DNA of 63,260 bases, counting the filler, from Octopus bimaculoides (Eukaryota), in NCBI RefSeq assembly GCF_001194135.2. It is 7 parts of 6 records of this genome, joined end to end, with 100 filler letters (N's around TTAATTAATTAA, not from the genome) between each part and the next. Parts side by side here need not be neighbours in the genome. Positions count along the whole stretch, not along the records: positions 38,931 to 51,116 come from NC_069003.1; positions 51,217 to 55,559 come from NC_068981.1; positions 55,660 to 58,287 come from NW_026407424.1; positions 58,388 to 61,779 come from NC_068984.1; positions 61,880 to 63,260 come from NW_026321384.1; 2 more parts are not named here. One strand, 5' to 3'. This document shows, piece by piece, positions 48,108 to 61,944 of the stretch (the stretch's first letter is position 1; the number at the start of each line of letters is the position of its first letter). The notes below the pieces were generated by a model. That model did no database searches. It was not told the origin of the DNA and was given only the letters and a program-made list of their open reading frames with translations. The position numbers and the translations under genes are program-made.

Positions 48108-49569
48108 NNNNNNNNNNNNNNNNNNNNNNNNNNNNNNNNNNNNNNNNNNNNNNNNNNNNNNNNNNNNNNNNNNNNNNNNNNNNNNNNNNNNNNNNNNNNN
48201 NNNNNNNNNNNNNNNNNNNNNNNNNNNNNNNNNNNNNNNNNNNNNNNNNNNNNNNNNNNNNNNNNNNNNNNNNNNNNNNNNNNNNNNNNNNNNNNNNNNN
48301 NNNNNNNNNNNNNNNNNNNNNNNNNNNNNNNNNNNNNNNNNNNNNNNNNNNNNNNNNNNNNNNNNNNNNNNNNNNNNNNNNNNNNNNNNNNNNNNNNNNN
48401 NNNNNNNNNNNNNNNNNNNNNNNNNNNNNNNNNNNNNNNNNNNNNNNNNNNNNNNNNNNNNNNNNNNNNNNNNNNNNNNNNNNNNNNNNNNNNNNNNNNN
48501 NNNNNNNNNNNNNNNNNNNNNNNNNNNNNNNNNNNNNNNNNNNNNNNNNNNNNNNNNNNNNNNNNNNNNNNNNNNNNNNNNNNNNNNNNNNNNNNNNNNN
48601 NNNNNNNNNNNNNNNNNNNNNNNNNNNNNNNNNNNNNNNNNNNNNNNNNNNNNNNNNNNNNNNNNNNNNNNNNNNNNNNNNNNNNNNNNNNNNNNNNNNN
48701 NNNNNNNNNNNNNNNNNNNNNNNNNNNNNNNNNNNNNNNNNNNNNNNNNNNNNNNNNNNNNNNNNNNNNNNNNNNNNNNNNNNNNNNNNNNNNNNNNNNN
48801 NNNNNNNNNNNNNNNNNNNNNNNNNNNNNNNNNNNNNNNNNNNNNNNNNNNNNNNNNNNNNNNNNNNNNNNNNNNNNNNNNNNNNNNNNNNNNNNNNNNN
48901 NNNNNNNNNNNNNNNNNNNNNNNNNNNNNNNNNNNNNNNNNNNNNNNNNNNNNNNNNNNNNNNNNNNNNNNNNNNNNNNNNNNNNNNNNNNNNNNNNNNN
49001 NNNNNNNNNNNNNNNNNNTATATATATATATATAATTGCTGCAGAGTGACGTAAACGTGGCAGAAGTTTAACACACACATCTACAATGCATTAAATACAG
49101 AAATATCATCACCATGACCATCATCATTACAACAATATTGCGGCACAAACGCAAACAGAATATTCTAAAAATTGAAACGAACACACACACACACACACGT
49201 GTAACACATCGTCATCTTTCCGTCCTAACACACCATTTTGTCACACGCACACAGCACTGACGCTTCATATGTGCTGTAACTTGGCCGCAGCACATCATAT
49301 AGAATACCATCCTCTTTGTCATTGTATCACCTCAACGGTATACTGGCATCGCTTCTCAAGGAACCATTCCACTAGACTAACATGAAGAGACCAGAACAAC
49401 AGTAACATCAACAACAACACTGACACAATTTTGTATGCATATATTTGTTCTTGAATATGGAAACGATCAAATAAATGGATATTACATTTCATGATTAAAT
49501 ACGCCATTTTGCGTCTATGTATATATGTGCGTGTCTTCTTGCACATGCGCGTATGTGTTTCATTACATG

Positions 49570-49602
<33 letters not shown>

Positions 49603-49763
49603 TCTCTGTTGTGCAACAGCCAACAACGGTTCCGGAATGAAATTTAAATACGGTTTCAATTAAAGATTTTGAAAGCGTTTGACACGAAACAAAGATACCT
49701 TAATCAAACTTTAATAAATAGTAATAACATCAAGATGATGATAATGATGATGATAACAATATC

Positions 49764-49794
<31 letters not shown>

Positions 49795-50052
49795 GTAATA
49801 ATAATAACAATTATGATAATAATCTTACTTTAGACACAAGGTCTGAAATATTAGCGGAGAGGCCAGTCGATTAGACCGACCACAGTATGCAACTGGTACT
49901 TAATTTATCGGCCCTCGAAAAGATGAAAAGCAAAGTCGACCTCGGTGAAATTTGAACTCAGAACGTTGTGGCACACAAAATATCGCTAAGCATTTAGCCC
50001 GGTGTGCTAACGATTCTGCCAACTCGCCGCCTAAATAATAATAATAATAATG

Positions 50053-50122
<70 letters not shown>

Positions 50123-50124
<2 letters not shown>

Positions 50125-50665
50125 GCCCTGGTGCAATACAAGGCACTGGCTCTCATGACTGCTGATCTTAACTGATTGGAAGTGTTATCATGTACATGTT
50201 TTGTCTTGGTACAGCAAATTTTCTACTCAATGCCACAGATTTGCTTGTCAGTTGCTTGACCATAACCAGTTGACCATGTCTGTTGGTGGCTGACGTTATG
50301 TGCGTCTCTGATCATGAGCAGAAGTAGTGGGGGAGCACCATAGCCATGTATTCAGAAGGATTCTTTGGAGTTTGAATAATTCATTTTGAAACATGTGTGT
50401 TTTGTTCAACATCCTTAAACAACCCTTGTTCAGGGACCTATTGAGCTGGATAAGCTACTCGACCCGAAGTAAATTCTAACGGGGCCTCACCTGCAAGGTC
50501 ATGTGCTGTTTATCTGATACGAGATCACCACGTCGTGAACATATGGCTGTGGTGCAGGTGCATGGTATACCCTTATCAAATGGATAGTCAATGGTTATAT
50601 TGGGCTTCGTATATATATACCCTAGTGTCACATTGATTGCATGCCTTCCTCTCTCACTCAGTAAT
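50123..50665. mobile_element. About 540-bp non-coding interspersed element flanked by (AAT)n; its 3' about 70 bp recurs at 50858-50920
   Basis: (AAT)n at 50033-50122 on the left. Ends CTCTCTCACTCAGTAATAAT, and a second CTCTCTCACTC(AAT)n lies at 50910-50991. Confidence 0.6.
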
Positions 50666-50920
50666 AATTGTCCTTTCTACTATAGACACAAGGCCTGAAA
50701 CTTGGGGGAGGGGATAGTCGTCTTTAGCGACCCCAGTGAGTAACTGATACTTATTTCATCGACGTCGAAAGGATGACAGGCAAAATCGTCCCCGCAGCGC
50801 TTGAACTCAGAACGTAAGGACAAACAAAATGCCACTAAGCATTTCGTCCTGATGGGTATACTGGGCTTTCTATATTTGTATCCCAGTGTTACTTGGATGG
50901 CATGCACTGCTCTCTCACTC

Positions 50921-50964
<44 letters not shown>

Positions 50965-50997
50965 TAATAATAATAATAATAATAATAATAATTTTAG

Positions 50998-51116
50998 GAC
51001 CTAAAATTATATGCAAAAAACGACAAAGAGCTAGAAACACTACTACAGACAGTACACGGCTTTACCAAGGAAATAGAAATGAAATTCGGATTAGAAAAAT
51101 GTGCCAAAGCAACCCT
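50998..51116 (+). mobile_element. R4/Dong-clade RT fragment directly after an (AAT)n array
   Basis: DLKLYAKNDKELETLLQTVHGFTKEIEMKFGLEKCAKAT; cut by a gap. Confidence 0.8.
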
Positions 51117-51682
51117 NNNNNNNNNNNNNNNNNNNNNNNNNNNNNNNNNNNNNNNNNNNNTTAATTAATTAANNNNNNNNNNNNNNNNNNNNNNNNNNNN
51201 NNNNNNNNNNNNNNNNTATATATATATATATATATATATAGGAAAGATCCAGGGGAATAATTACAAGGTAGTTAAATGTTGCTTAAGTGTCCTAAGAATC
51301 AATGATCACACTTGTGTATGATCTGATTCCGGGATAAGTAAGTCGTATTTTGTAGAAAATAGGAAAAATTAAAAGAGGAGACAATCACTCAGGATGTTAT
51401 CAAAATCTTTATATATTCATATCGTCTACATTTGTTTCGGTGGATGCATTCAAAATATGTCCGACAGGAAGAATTATGGCCACTTATACATCAATCTCAT
51501 CAGGAATGATTTAAACAACAACACTCATCAAATACATATTTTTAGAGATTGAGGAAGCCCTATAAAATGTGACGTGTTTATATGCATATGCACACATACG
51601 TACACACACGCATATATGTGTTTATGTATGAATGTTCAATTATTTATGGGCTGACCCAATATATAAATATATATATATATAT

Positions 51683-54412
51683 TAGGGTTATGAATTTTTG
51701 AGTTTTTTAAAGTAAACAATTTCCTGTATTAAAAGTTGATGAACAATTTTATATAAGTAGAAAAATAACCGTTATTTTAAGTTTTTTAGAAAAAATATCA
51801 CCCCCAACTGAAGAAATTTAATACCACTTTTGACCCAAATGATGCAAATTTTTAATGGGGTTCATAATGCCTACTCAAGTTTTTACCAAACTTGGTGTGT
51901 TGATTTAATGCAATGCAGAAGCAGTATATCTCAAGTTTCAGCTTTCAAGTTTAAGTAGTTTAGGAGTTTTTAATTTGTTACCACTTAGACCCTACTTTAG
52001 GAAATATCCTCTTCCTCTCTTTTTTATTTTTGTGACGCTAAAAACTCTGACGATATTAACTGTTTTTAGGAACAGTAGGCTTATCCAACTAGAGTATCTA
52101 AAATAATGTTTCATAAGAGAAGTGCTTGTATCACTCAAAGAAACAACAAAATTTGGACGAAGAACCTCGTGCAATTTCAAAACTAACATAAGAAAAGAAG
52201 ACCTGTTCCTCTAGAAGAGCATTCTTTGGAAAACAATTGAAGGGTAACAATGAAACCTCAAATTGTCGGTCACTACCTGTTCCTTGGAGTTACCATCAAA
52301 GGAAGGAAAGAAAGAACAAAGGAAATTTCGAAAGAAATAACTTTTTTATGACAAAAGAAATTAAATTTCCCATATTTATCAATTCAAAATGTACAAGCAA
52401 AAGTAGAAAAAGTGCTGAATGCCTAAGATAAATGTGTAAAACGAGGAAAATACAATTCATTGAAAGGAATTTTTGACATCACAACGGAAAATGGTGAATG
52501 GCTGTGCAGTGAGAATAGGTTATATTATCTCCAAATCGAAAGCAAGGGACAGGTTGGGCATGCAAGTGGAAAGGCAGCCAATTCCAAAACTATTCATCCA
52601 TCCAAAAGAAGAAAAGTGTCCTTAATGCCAACTTCAACCAGAGCAACTCCAGTGTCATCTTCTACGTCTGAAGCAGAGACTTAAAGTGAATATCAAGAAT
52701 TTGAAAAATCAGATGAAGAATCCACAGAAACAAGGAGTAAGTATAGCAAAGGTGGAACTGCATCCAAGTTAGTAATACCTTCCAAGCTATCAACCCAAAA
52801 AGCAGTAACAGTTTGTCGACAATTACCTCAAGATAGAATCAATTCCGAGACTCCTTCCCAATCTGGTATTTACAGATGGATTACCAAAGAAGCTATTACA
52901 CTAAAAAAGAAAACTAAGAAAACGCTACATTTAGAAAACTGGTCATTGCATTTTGATGGTAAACGTATAGATGACCAAGAATACGAAGTGCTAGCTTTAA
53001 AAAATGAACAGAGAAAAGTTAAGTTAAAAGCACTCCAATTACCAAACGGAAAAGCCGATACTGTTGTGAAAGGAATAACAGCTGTTTGGGGTGAATACAA
53101 TTTATGGAACTGTGTAAAGATGATTGTCGTTGATACAAGGAGTCTGAACACTGAGGAAAGAAACGGCATTGTCATTCAGTTGCAAAGACTGTTTGCTCAA
53201 AAGGGTTTGAAAGAACCGCAATTTATTGGTTGTCAGCACCATATCCTTGATAGAGTTCTTCGTGTTGTAATGGATAACGAACTTGGAGAAAAAAGTCATC
53301 TCCCAACACTGAATATATATTCATCCCAGAGCTTCGTAATTCAATGGTAATTGCAATGGTGAAGAAAAGATTACTCAATCAGCAGGATAGCGAGATGACA
53401 TGAAATTTCTATTTCATTTGACTAAAGTGTTTCGTTTATTTGAAGAAACCGGTAAATTTCCTACTGTAAAATTTCAAAACATACTCAACTTAAGTAATGA
53501 AAGATGGAATTCTCGAGCAATACCAGCTCTTTTGGCATTTATTCTTCTATCAGAGAAGAGAGTTTTGCTTCTCAATATTTGTCTATTCATCTCTTACAGC
53601 TGGGCAGATTTTTGGTTTACTAACCAAATGTTCAATGCACATGATTATCATGATTATCTGTAAAAAAACTTTTGGAGTCGAGAAACATTAAAACTGGAAA
53701 TTTACAAAACAAATCAGAGTAGAGAACGAGCAATCAAGTGCCTTCAAGATCTTTATTATAATTGTAAAAAGAAGGAGAAACTTCAGCTTCGATGTATTTT
53801 ATCTAACAAAACACATTAATTCTTTGTTATGTTTAAAAATTTGCTAACATTCAGCAACCTTTTTCTTATACAGCTGTTTAAAATTGGAATTAAACCTATA
53901 AAGTTAAAAATATGTTTTGCTTTTAATTTTGTATGTTATCGAATGCTTCTATTGGTCTCTGTCTTAAAATAGCCTAGTTTTGAACCTTTGCATAGAGCAA
54001 TTTCACTTCAGTAATCTTTAAAATGCATAAATACACTTTTATTCCACATCTCTCTTGCGTTTACAAGGATTTAGGCAGCGGAAATACTGAAGTGTGAATC
54101 TGGTGCCACCTAATGATTATAATTTTTAAAGCCCATAACTCCGAAACTCCTTCAACTAGAAAGCTGAAATTTCAGATATACTATTTCTGCGTTGCATTGA
54201 GTCAGCACACCAAGTATGGTAAAAATTTAAGCAGGCGTTATAAATCTCCCAAGAATTTTGCATGATTTGGGTTAAAAGTGGTGCTTGATTTCTTAAATTG
54301 GGGGTAACGTTTTTTCAAATAAAGCAAAATAAATGTTAGTTTCATGACTTTTATAAAATTATTCATTGAATTAAAGTATAGGGTTATTAGGTTATGAAAA
54401 ATTCATAACCTT
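51683..54412 (+). mobile_element. Near full-length DNA transposon with about 300-bp imperfect TIRs and a disrupted DDE transposase, hATm-like (tentative)
   Basis: Termini TAGGGTTATGAATT / AATTCATAACCTTA, with arms at about 51683-51980 and 54130-54412. Motifs WSLHFDGK, IVVDTRSLNT, FIGCQHHILDRVL, ERWNSRAI and ERAIKCLQDL. Confidence 0.75.
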
Positions 54413-54587
54413 AGTATGCACTCTGAGTGCTCAAATTGGTATGCCACTAAAATTCCAGTTTGAACTGCAGTTGAACATGTGTAAAACTTTTTATTGTATA
54501 GCTAAATCAAATGTTCTTGTCAAGTCTTGCCAAACAGTTTGCCTTTTCGTTTGTGCTTTAATATATGTGTGTGTGTTTTATATATAT

Positions 54588-54711
<124 letters not shown>

Positions 54712-54789
54712 ATTCTATCAATATATAAATATATATACATATACTCGGAGAGTTGTTCATAAGTCCGAAAAGAAAAGCATACTCTAAAA

Positions 54790-55240
54790 TCTTTGAGCAG
54801 TAATAATTAATATGGTTGTTGATTATGGCCGGGCAGAAGGTACACCGTACAGAATTAAATAGAAGCTCTTGGAACAGCTTGGACCATGACGGGAGCAGAC
54901 GATACAAAGTTTTCTTGTACGAGAGGTCAAGGATCCTAACGAATTCGCAGGATATGTTGACCTTCTTAAACTTCAAAAGTGTAAGAGGAAATTTGTGTAG
55001 GAGACATGAAATTCATCGCTTGCTGACGAGTTGTGCATATACTGATCCTTTTATAACTCCATCCTATCCAGAATTTTGATTCGGAGTTTACTTCACAACC
55101 CTGACTGACCAGTACTGTATTCCTACTTCCTATGGTAGATCTGTTATGTGCCTCCGACCAGCAAGTCTGATAAGTCGCCTATATCGAAAAGAGCCTTATA
55201 GGTAAGAGACCATGATAATTACCTGACCAGCCATAACCAA
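54790..55240 (-). mobile_element. Degenerate CR1/Jockey-group LINE RT C-terminal fragment
   Basis: KKVNISCEFVRILDLSYKKTLY...SKLFQELLFNSVRC resembles the post-RT region of these LINEs. Confidence 0.35.
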
Positions 55241-55824
55241 CAACTATATTAATATATATATATAGATATGTATGTATGTATGTATGTATGCATATATATC
55301 ATTTGGCTCTTTACGTCTTGACAGACGGTCTAAGCAGCGAAAGATGCCTTAATTAGGTACTCGTAGTCTTCATCCTGCAGTTGTTCTCATTGCTGATCCT
55401 CTTTATGTTTGATGAGCAAGTTCTGCTGCAAAGTCTCCAAGAAAGGAAGGTGCTGCAGGGCTTCAAAATGTTGTCGTTCTTTCTTTGGCATTTACGAACG
55501 GTGGATATCGAAGCATATAAAGCTGTAAATAATAACATGTGAGTGTATATATGTATATANNNNNNNNNNNNNNNNNNNNNNNNNNNNNNNNNNNNNNNNN
55601 NNNTTAATTAATTAANNNNNNNNNNNNNNNNNNNNNNNNNNNNNNNNNNNNNNNNNNNNTATATATCTATATATATATATATATGTATATATATATGTAT
55701 ATATATATACATTTCATGCCAAACCAGACTGTAGCTTGGTGCAGCTCTCCAGCTTACCAGTTCCAGTAAAAGCGTCTAACCCATGCCAGCATGAAAAGCA
55801 GACAGTAAATGATGATGATAATGA

Positions 55825-56230
55825 TATCATCGTCATCATCGTTTAACGTCCGCTTTCCATGCTAGCATGGGCTGGACGATTTGACTGAGGACTGGTGGAC
55901 CAGGTGGCTACACCAGGCTCCAATCTGNNNNNNNNNNACTGAGGACTGGTGGACCAGGTGGCTACACCAGGCTCCAATCTGATTTGGCAGAGTTTCTACT
56001 GCTGGATGCCCTTCCTAATGCCAACCACTCCGAGAGTGTTGTGTGTGCTTTTACGTGCTACAGGCACGAAGGCCAGTCAGGAGGTAGTGGCAATGGCCAT
56101 GCTCGAAATGATGTATTTTACATGCCACCTGCACAGGAGCTAGTCCAGTGGTACTAGCAACGATCTCGCCAGGAAGGCGGCATTGGTAATGATCACGCTC
56201 AAATGGTGCTATGTACGTGCCACCGGCATA
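55825..56230 (-). mobile_element. RTE 3' tail copy with internal hairpin units
   Basis: Reverse complement of the 25-430 tail. Confidence 0.8.
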
Positions 56231-56881
56231 TCTATGTGTGTGTCTCTTTGAGTCTGTGTTTGTTCCCACCCAACCCCCACCGCTTGACAACTATTGTTAG
56301 TGTGTTTATGTTCCTGTGACTTAGCAGTTTAGCAAAACAGACCAATAAAATAAGTATCAGGCTTTAAAAAAAAAAAAAAATTAGTTCTGGGATCAATTTT
56401 GTTTGACTAAAAATTCTTCGAGGCATTGCCCCAGCATGGCCACAGTCTAATGGTTGAAACAAGTAAAAGAGCAAAAGATTAAAAAATAAAGAAGGAAATC
56501 TTGGAGCTGAATGAGTGGGAATAAGTCCAACACCACCATGGCCACAGCCATGGGGGTGGGAGCAGTGGAGGGGTGACTTAGGGGTTGCCTGGGTGAGGTG
56601 TAGTATGTACAGTGACATTTTGCCTCACTTCAGATAAATGTCTAATTAACCTTCACCACCCCTCAACCTCACCTACCCACTCACATTCACCCCACCCAGA
56701 GCCAGCCCCTTCCCTCAGCCAAACTGATATTAAGTAGGGAGTTGTGATATTTTGTCACTTCAGGGTAGTTGTGTATGAGGATCATGGGGTGGGTAGTTTT
56801 GTGTGAGTGTGTGTATACGCGTGTGTGTTTGTGTAGGGTATACACATACACTCACACACACATGCATGCACACGCACACAC

Positions 56882-56922
<41 letters not shown>

Positions 56923-57854
56923 AAGAGTGAGAGATAGACATATATATNNNNNNNNNNNNNNNNNNNNNNNNNNNNNNNNNNNNNNNNNNNNNNNNNNNNN
57001 NNNNNNNNNNNNNNNNNNNNNNNNNNNNNNNNNNNNNNNNNNNNNNNNNNNNNNNNNNNNNNNNNNNNNNNNNNNNNNNNNNNNNNNNNNNNNNNNNNNN
57101 NNNNNNNNNNNNNNNNNNNNNNNNNNNNNNNNNNNNNNNNNNNNNNNNNNNNNNNNNNNNNNNNNNNNNNNNNNNNNNNNNNNNNNNNNNNNNNNNNNNN
57201 NNNNNNNNNNNNNNNNNNNNNNNNNNNNNNNNNNNNNNNNNNNNNNNNNNNNNNNNNNNNNNNNNNNNNNNNNNNNNNNNNNNNNNNNNNNNNNNNNNNN
57301 NNNNNNNNNNNNNNNNNNNNNNNNNNNNNNNNNNNNNNNNNNNNNNNNNNNNNNNNNNNNNNNNNNNNNNNNNNNNNNNNNNNNNNNNNNNNNNNNNNNN
57401 NNNNNNNNNNNNNNNNNNNNNNNNNNNNNNNNNNNNNNNNNNNNNNNNNNNNNNNNNNNNNNNNNNNNNNNNNNNNNNNNNNNNNNNNNNNNNNNNNNNN
57501 NNNNNNNNNNNNNNNNNNNNNNNNNNNNNNNNNNNNNNNNNNNNNNNNNNNNNNNNNNNNNNNNNNNNNNNNNNNNNNNNNNNNNNNNNNNNNNNNNNNN
57601 NNNNNNNNNNNNNNNNNNNNNNNNNNNNNNNNNNNNNNNNNNNNNNNNNNNNNNNNNNNNNNNNNNNNNNNNNNNNNNNNNNNNNNNNNNNNNNNNNNNN
57701 NNNNNNNNNNNNNNNNNNNNNNNNNNNNNNNNNNNNNNNNNNNNNNNNNNNNNNNNNNNNNNNNNNNNNNNNNNNNNNNNNNNNNNNNNNNNNNNNNNNN
57801 NNNNNNNNNNNNNNNNNNNNNNNNNNNNNNNNNNNNNNNNNNNNNNNNNNNNNN

Positions 57855-57899
<45 letters not shown>

Positions 57900-57903
57900 T
57901 ATA

Positions 57904-58049
57904 TTTGTGAATTAAAGCTACCATTGGTTTCATGTTAAGAAAAGTAAGGAAAATATCTCAGTGTCTTAATTTTTCAAGCCGATCACGTGACGAAAGGTGT
58001 TTGTCTCAATTTTCTTAACATGAAACCAATGGTAGCTGCAATTCACAAA
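57904..58049. mobile_element. Small foldback MITE, 40-bp arms
   Basis: 57904-57943 and 58010-58049 match at 38/40 as reverse complements. The centre holds TCACGTGA. Confidence 0.75.
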
Positions 58050-58607
58050 GAAAGATATTATATACCCACCAATGCAGTGTTGAACACTCATTTCATCATT
58101 CAACATATACATATATATGCTGTTACCACCACCACCACTATACCACCAACACCACTACTACCACCAACACCACTACCACCAACACCACTACCACCACCAC
58201 CACCACTACCACCAACACCACCATCACCAAGAACATCAACAACACAGATATATTAATACCACTTACACAATCACCATTATCATCATCNNNNNNNNNNNNN
58301 NNNNNNNNNNNNNNNNNNNNNNNNNNNNNNNTTAATTAATTAANNNNNNNNNNNNNNNNNNNNNNNNNNNNNNNNNNNNNNNNNNNNGGATTTAATCATT
58401 GTTTGTTAAGAGTGGGTTTGAATTTCTTAAAGTCCTTTTCTTTGCATTTTCTTTCAATTTCATTCCGGTTGTAAAGTTTATGGAATGGAAATATAATAAA
58501 AGTTTGATGACCACATGTTGCTAGATGGTTACTCAGTGGTATTTGGCGGACTTCTGGGTTTTTAATCTGTTGTCGATGTACCCGTGAGCGTTCCGATAGT
58601 GCATTAC

Positions 58608-58682
<75 letters not shown>

Positions 58683-59880
58683 TTATATCGTTCCCTATAT
58701 AGGCACAAATTTAATCGTTTCCCAAATAAATTGCACTTCATATTCGAGGCTCCGTTGAAGCTGTAAGGTGTTATTCAGGCACCCAACTATGAGTCCACTG
58801 AATCTTACAGCAGAAACAGCTGTAAGACAATGAATTTCATAAGATAATCATTTATTCCTTTGTCATCTCCCTTTCTTATTACCGCTCTATACTCGACTAA
58901 CACTTTGTTGTGAAACATACGAATGATTTTATTAAAATTTTCTGCTTTTTTTAAATATTTTCAACTTCTTAAGTTCGGAATTATTATACTCTCGCTTTCT
59001 TAATTCTAAGAAAGTACAGTTATTTATTTTTCGTCTTTTCGATATTTTTTGCTTATCAATGAGACCATTTTTCAAACGAAGTATCAGTTTGTGGAAAAGA
59101 AATATAAGTCTGTCAGAATACTGATATAATACAACGTCCAGTTTGACTCAATCAACTGTTATAAGCATAAACTTTACAGTGCAGTTTATCTTCTGCTTAG
59201 AACTCAATCTAAAAAAATCGGAACGAATTACGTTTTAATTTATTCCATTATTCAACAATTCTTCCATTCAAGAATTATAGCAGATTAATAAATAATACTA
59301 ATAATAATACTAATAATAAATAAATAAAAAATGTACTTGATGAGTTCCGTATTTCAGAAGAGAAAATATGTTTCGTTTAATCTTTCTCCTAAAGTAGGAA
59401 GCCGAAAATGTTTATGGAGGTTAAAAAGATGTGATACCATTGACCTTAGTTGTTCATAAATCGGATGTTGAACAAGCTAAACAACATGACCATTCTTTCA
59501 TTTGGGTTAAGCTTTGGTTATGTTCTCTTCCGATTTCGCAGAATATCATCACGATGTGTCAAGAAATCATCTACTTTTGATGTTTTTTTCCTTTTCTTTT
59601 CTTTTTCTTTTTCTTTTCTTTCAACACAATGGAGCATTAATTTCACTATTACTGTGCCTGCACACACACGCGCGCACGCGCATACACACACACACAACAA
59701 CAACAACAACACGTATGTATGTATGCAGGCATGTATATATATATATATATGTATGTTTGTATATCCATGCTTATATATGAGCGTGTGTGGATATATATAC
59801 ATATATATACATATATATGCATATGCACACATATATTTACATGCATACACACACACATATATATTTATATGCATATACAT

Positions 59881-59924
<44 letters not shown>

Positions 59925-60076
59925 TTATATACATATACACACACATGTATATATATATATAGATACACATAAATATACGTACACACATATACTTAGACAT
60001 GCACGCGCTCGTTTGTGTATGCGCCTGCGCCTGTGTGAGCACGCGTGTGCGTATATGTGCGTGCGTGCGTGCGTGC

Positions 60077-60119
<43 letters not shown>

Positions 60120-61319
60120 ATGAACAAAAGCAAAGGGGCTAGCCCTGCAGACAAGATGAATGTGTCAGTAGATAAAAGCGGAAATCGGATGAAGGGCGTT
60201 CGTAAAGGATGTAATTCTTATTTTGAAGGAGACAGACAGCGGAAGTCCTAATGAGGGGGTTTGATTCGAATAAACGGACTATTCTCAAAGGTTTGAAATC
60301 TGGTAGAAAACAAAGGGCTCTTGNNNNNNNNNNNNNNNNNNNNNNNNNNNNNNNNNNNNNNNNNNNNNNNNNNNNNNNNNNNNNNNNNNNNNNNNNNNNN
60401 NNNNNNNNNNNNNNNNNNNNNNNNNNNNNNNNNNNNNNNNNNNNNNNNNNNNNNNNNNNNNNNNNNNNNNNNNNNNNNNNNNNNNNNNNNNNNNNNNNNN
60501 NNNNNNNNNNNNNNNNNNNNNNNNNNNNNNNNNNNNNNNNNNNNNNNNNNNNNNNNNNNNNNNNNNNNNNNNNNNNNNNNNNNNNNNNNNNNNNNNNNNN
60601 NNNNNNNNNNNNNNNNNNNNNNNNNNNNNNNNNNNNNNNNNNNNNNNNNNNNNNNNNNNNNNNNNNNNNNNNNNNNNNNNNNNNNNNNNNNNNNNNNNNN
60701 NNNNNNNNNNNNNNNNNNNNNNNNNNNNNNNNNNNNNNNNNNNNNNNNNNNNNNNNNNNNNNNNNNNNNNNNNNNNNNNNNNNNNNNNNNNNNNNNNNNN
60801 NNNNNNNNNNNNNNNNNNNNNNNNNNNNNNNNNNNNNNNNNNNNNNNNNNNNNNNNNNNNNNNNNNNNNNNNNNNNNNNNNNNNNNNNNNNNNNNNNNNN
60901 NNNNNNNNNNNNNNNNNNNNNNNNNNNNNNNNNNNNNNNNNNNNNNNNNNNNNNNNNNNNNNNNNNNNNNNNNNNNNNNNNNNNNNNNNNNNNNNNNNNN
61001 NNNNNNNNNNNNNNNNNNNNNNNNNNNNNNNNNNNNNNNNNNNNNNNNNNNNNNNNNNNNNNNNNNNNNNNNNNNNNNNNNNNNNNNNNNNNNNNNNNNN
61101 NNNNNNNNNNNNNNNNNNNNNNNNNNNNNNNNNNNNNNNNNNNNNNNNNNNNNNNNNNNNNNNNNNNNNNNNNNNNNNNNNNNNNNNNNNNNNNNNNNNN
61201 NNNNNNNNNNNNNNNNNNNNNNNNNNNNNNNNNNNNNNNNNNNNNNNNNNNNNNNNNNNNNNNNNNNNNNNNNNNNNNNNNNNNNNNNNNNNNNTATATA
61301 TATATATATATGTATATAT

Positions 61320-61755
61320 AGGCGCAGGAGTAGCTGTGTGGTAAGTAGCTTGCTTAGCAGCCACATGGTTCTGGATTCAGTTTCACTGCGTGACACCTTG
61401 GGCAAGTGTGTTGTACTATAGCCTCTGGCCGACCAAAGCCTTGTGATGGATTTGGTAGACGGAAATTGAAAGAAGCCCGTCGTATATATACATATATATA
61501 TACTCACACACATATATGTGCGTGTGAGGGGTGCATGTTTGTGTGTCTATGTTTGTTACTCCCACCATTGCTTGTCAAATGATGCTGGTGTGTTTACGTC
61601 CCTGTAACTTACCGGTTTAACAAAAGATACCGATATAATAAGTACTAGGCTTGCAAAGAATAAGTCCAGGGGTCTATTTGTTCGACTAAAGGCGTGCTCC
61701 AGCACGGCCACAGTCAAATGACTGAAACAAATAAAGGAACAAAGAGTAAAAGAGT
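61320..61755 (+). mobile_element. Full-length SINE family A
   Basis: Head GGCGCAGGAGTAGCTGTGTGGTAAG through the tail GACTGAAACAAATAAAG. Confidence 0.85.
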
Positions 61756-61944
61756 ATATATATATATATATATATATATNNNNNNNNNNNNNNNNNNNNN
61801 NNNNNNNNNNNNNNNNNNNNNNNTTAATTAATTAANNNNNNNNNNNNNNNNNNNNNNNNNNNNNNNNNNNNNNNNNNNNATATATATACATACATATGTA
61901 TATATACATATATATACATATATATATATGTATATATATTTGAC

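Noticed and set aside
51414-51508. Minus-strand CUGAUGA...GAAA hammerhead-like motif
   Set aside because: Helix II is broken and there is no NUH triplet at the required position; at most a decayed relic.
56520-56790. G-rich block followed by a C-rich block
   Set aside because: The complementary words are short and not in foldback order, so no convincing structure or identity can be assigned.
58800-59580. Possible Penelope RT N-terminal remnant on the minus strand
   Set aside because: Only weak, broken similarity (VIRKGDDKG); not enough to call.
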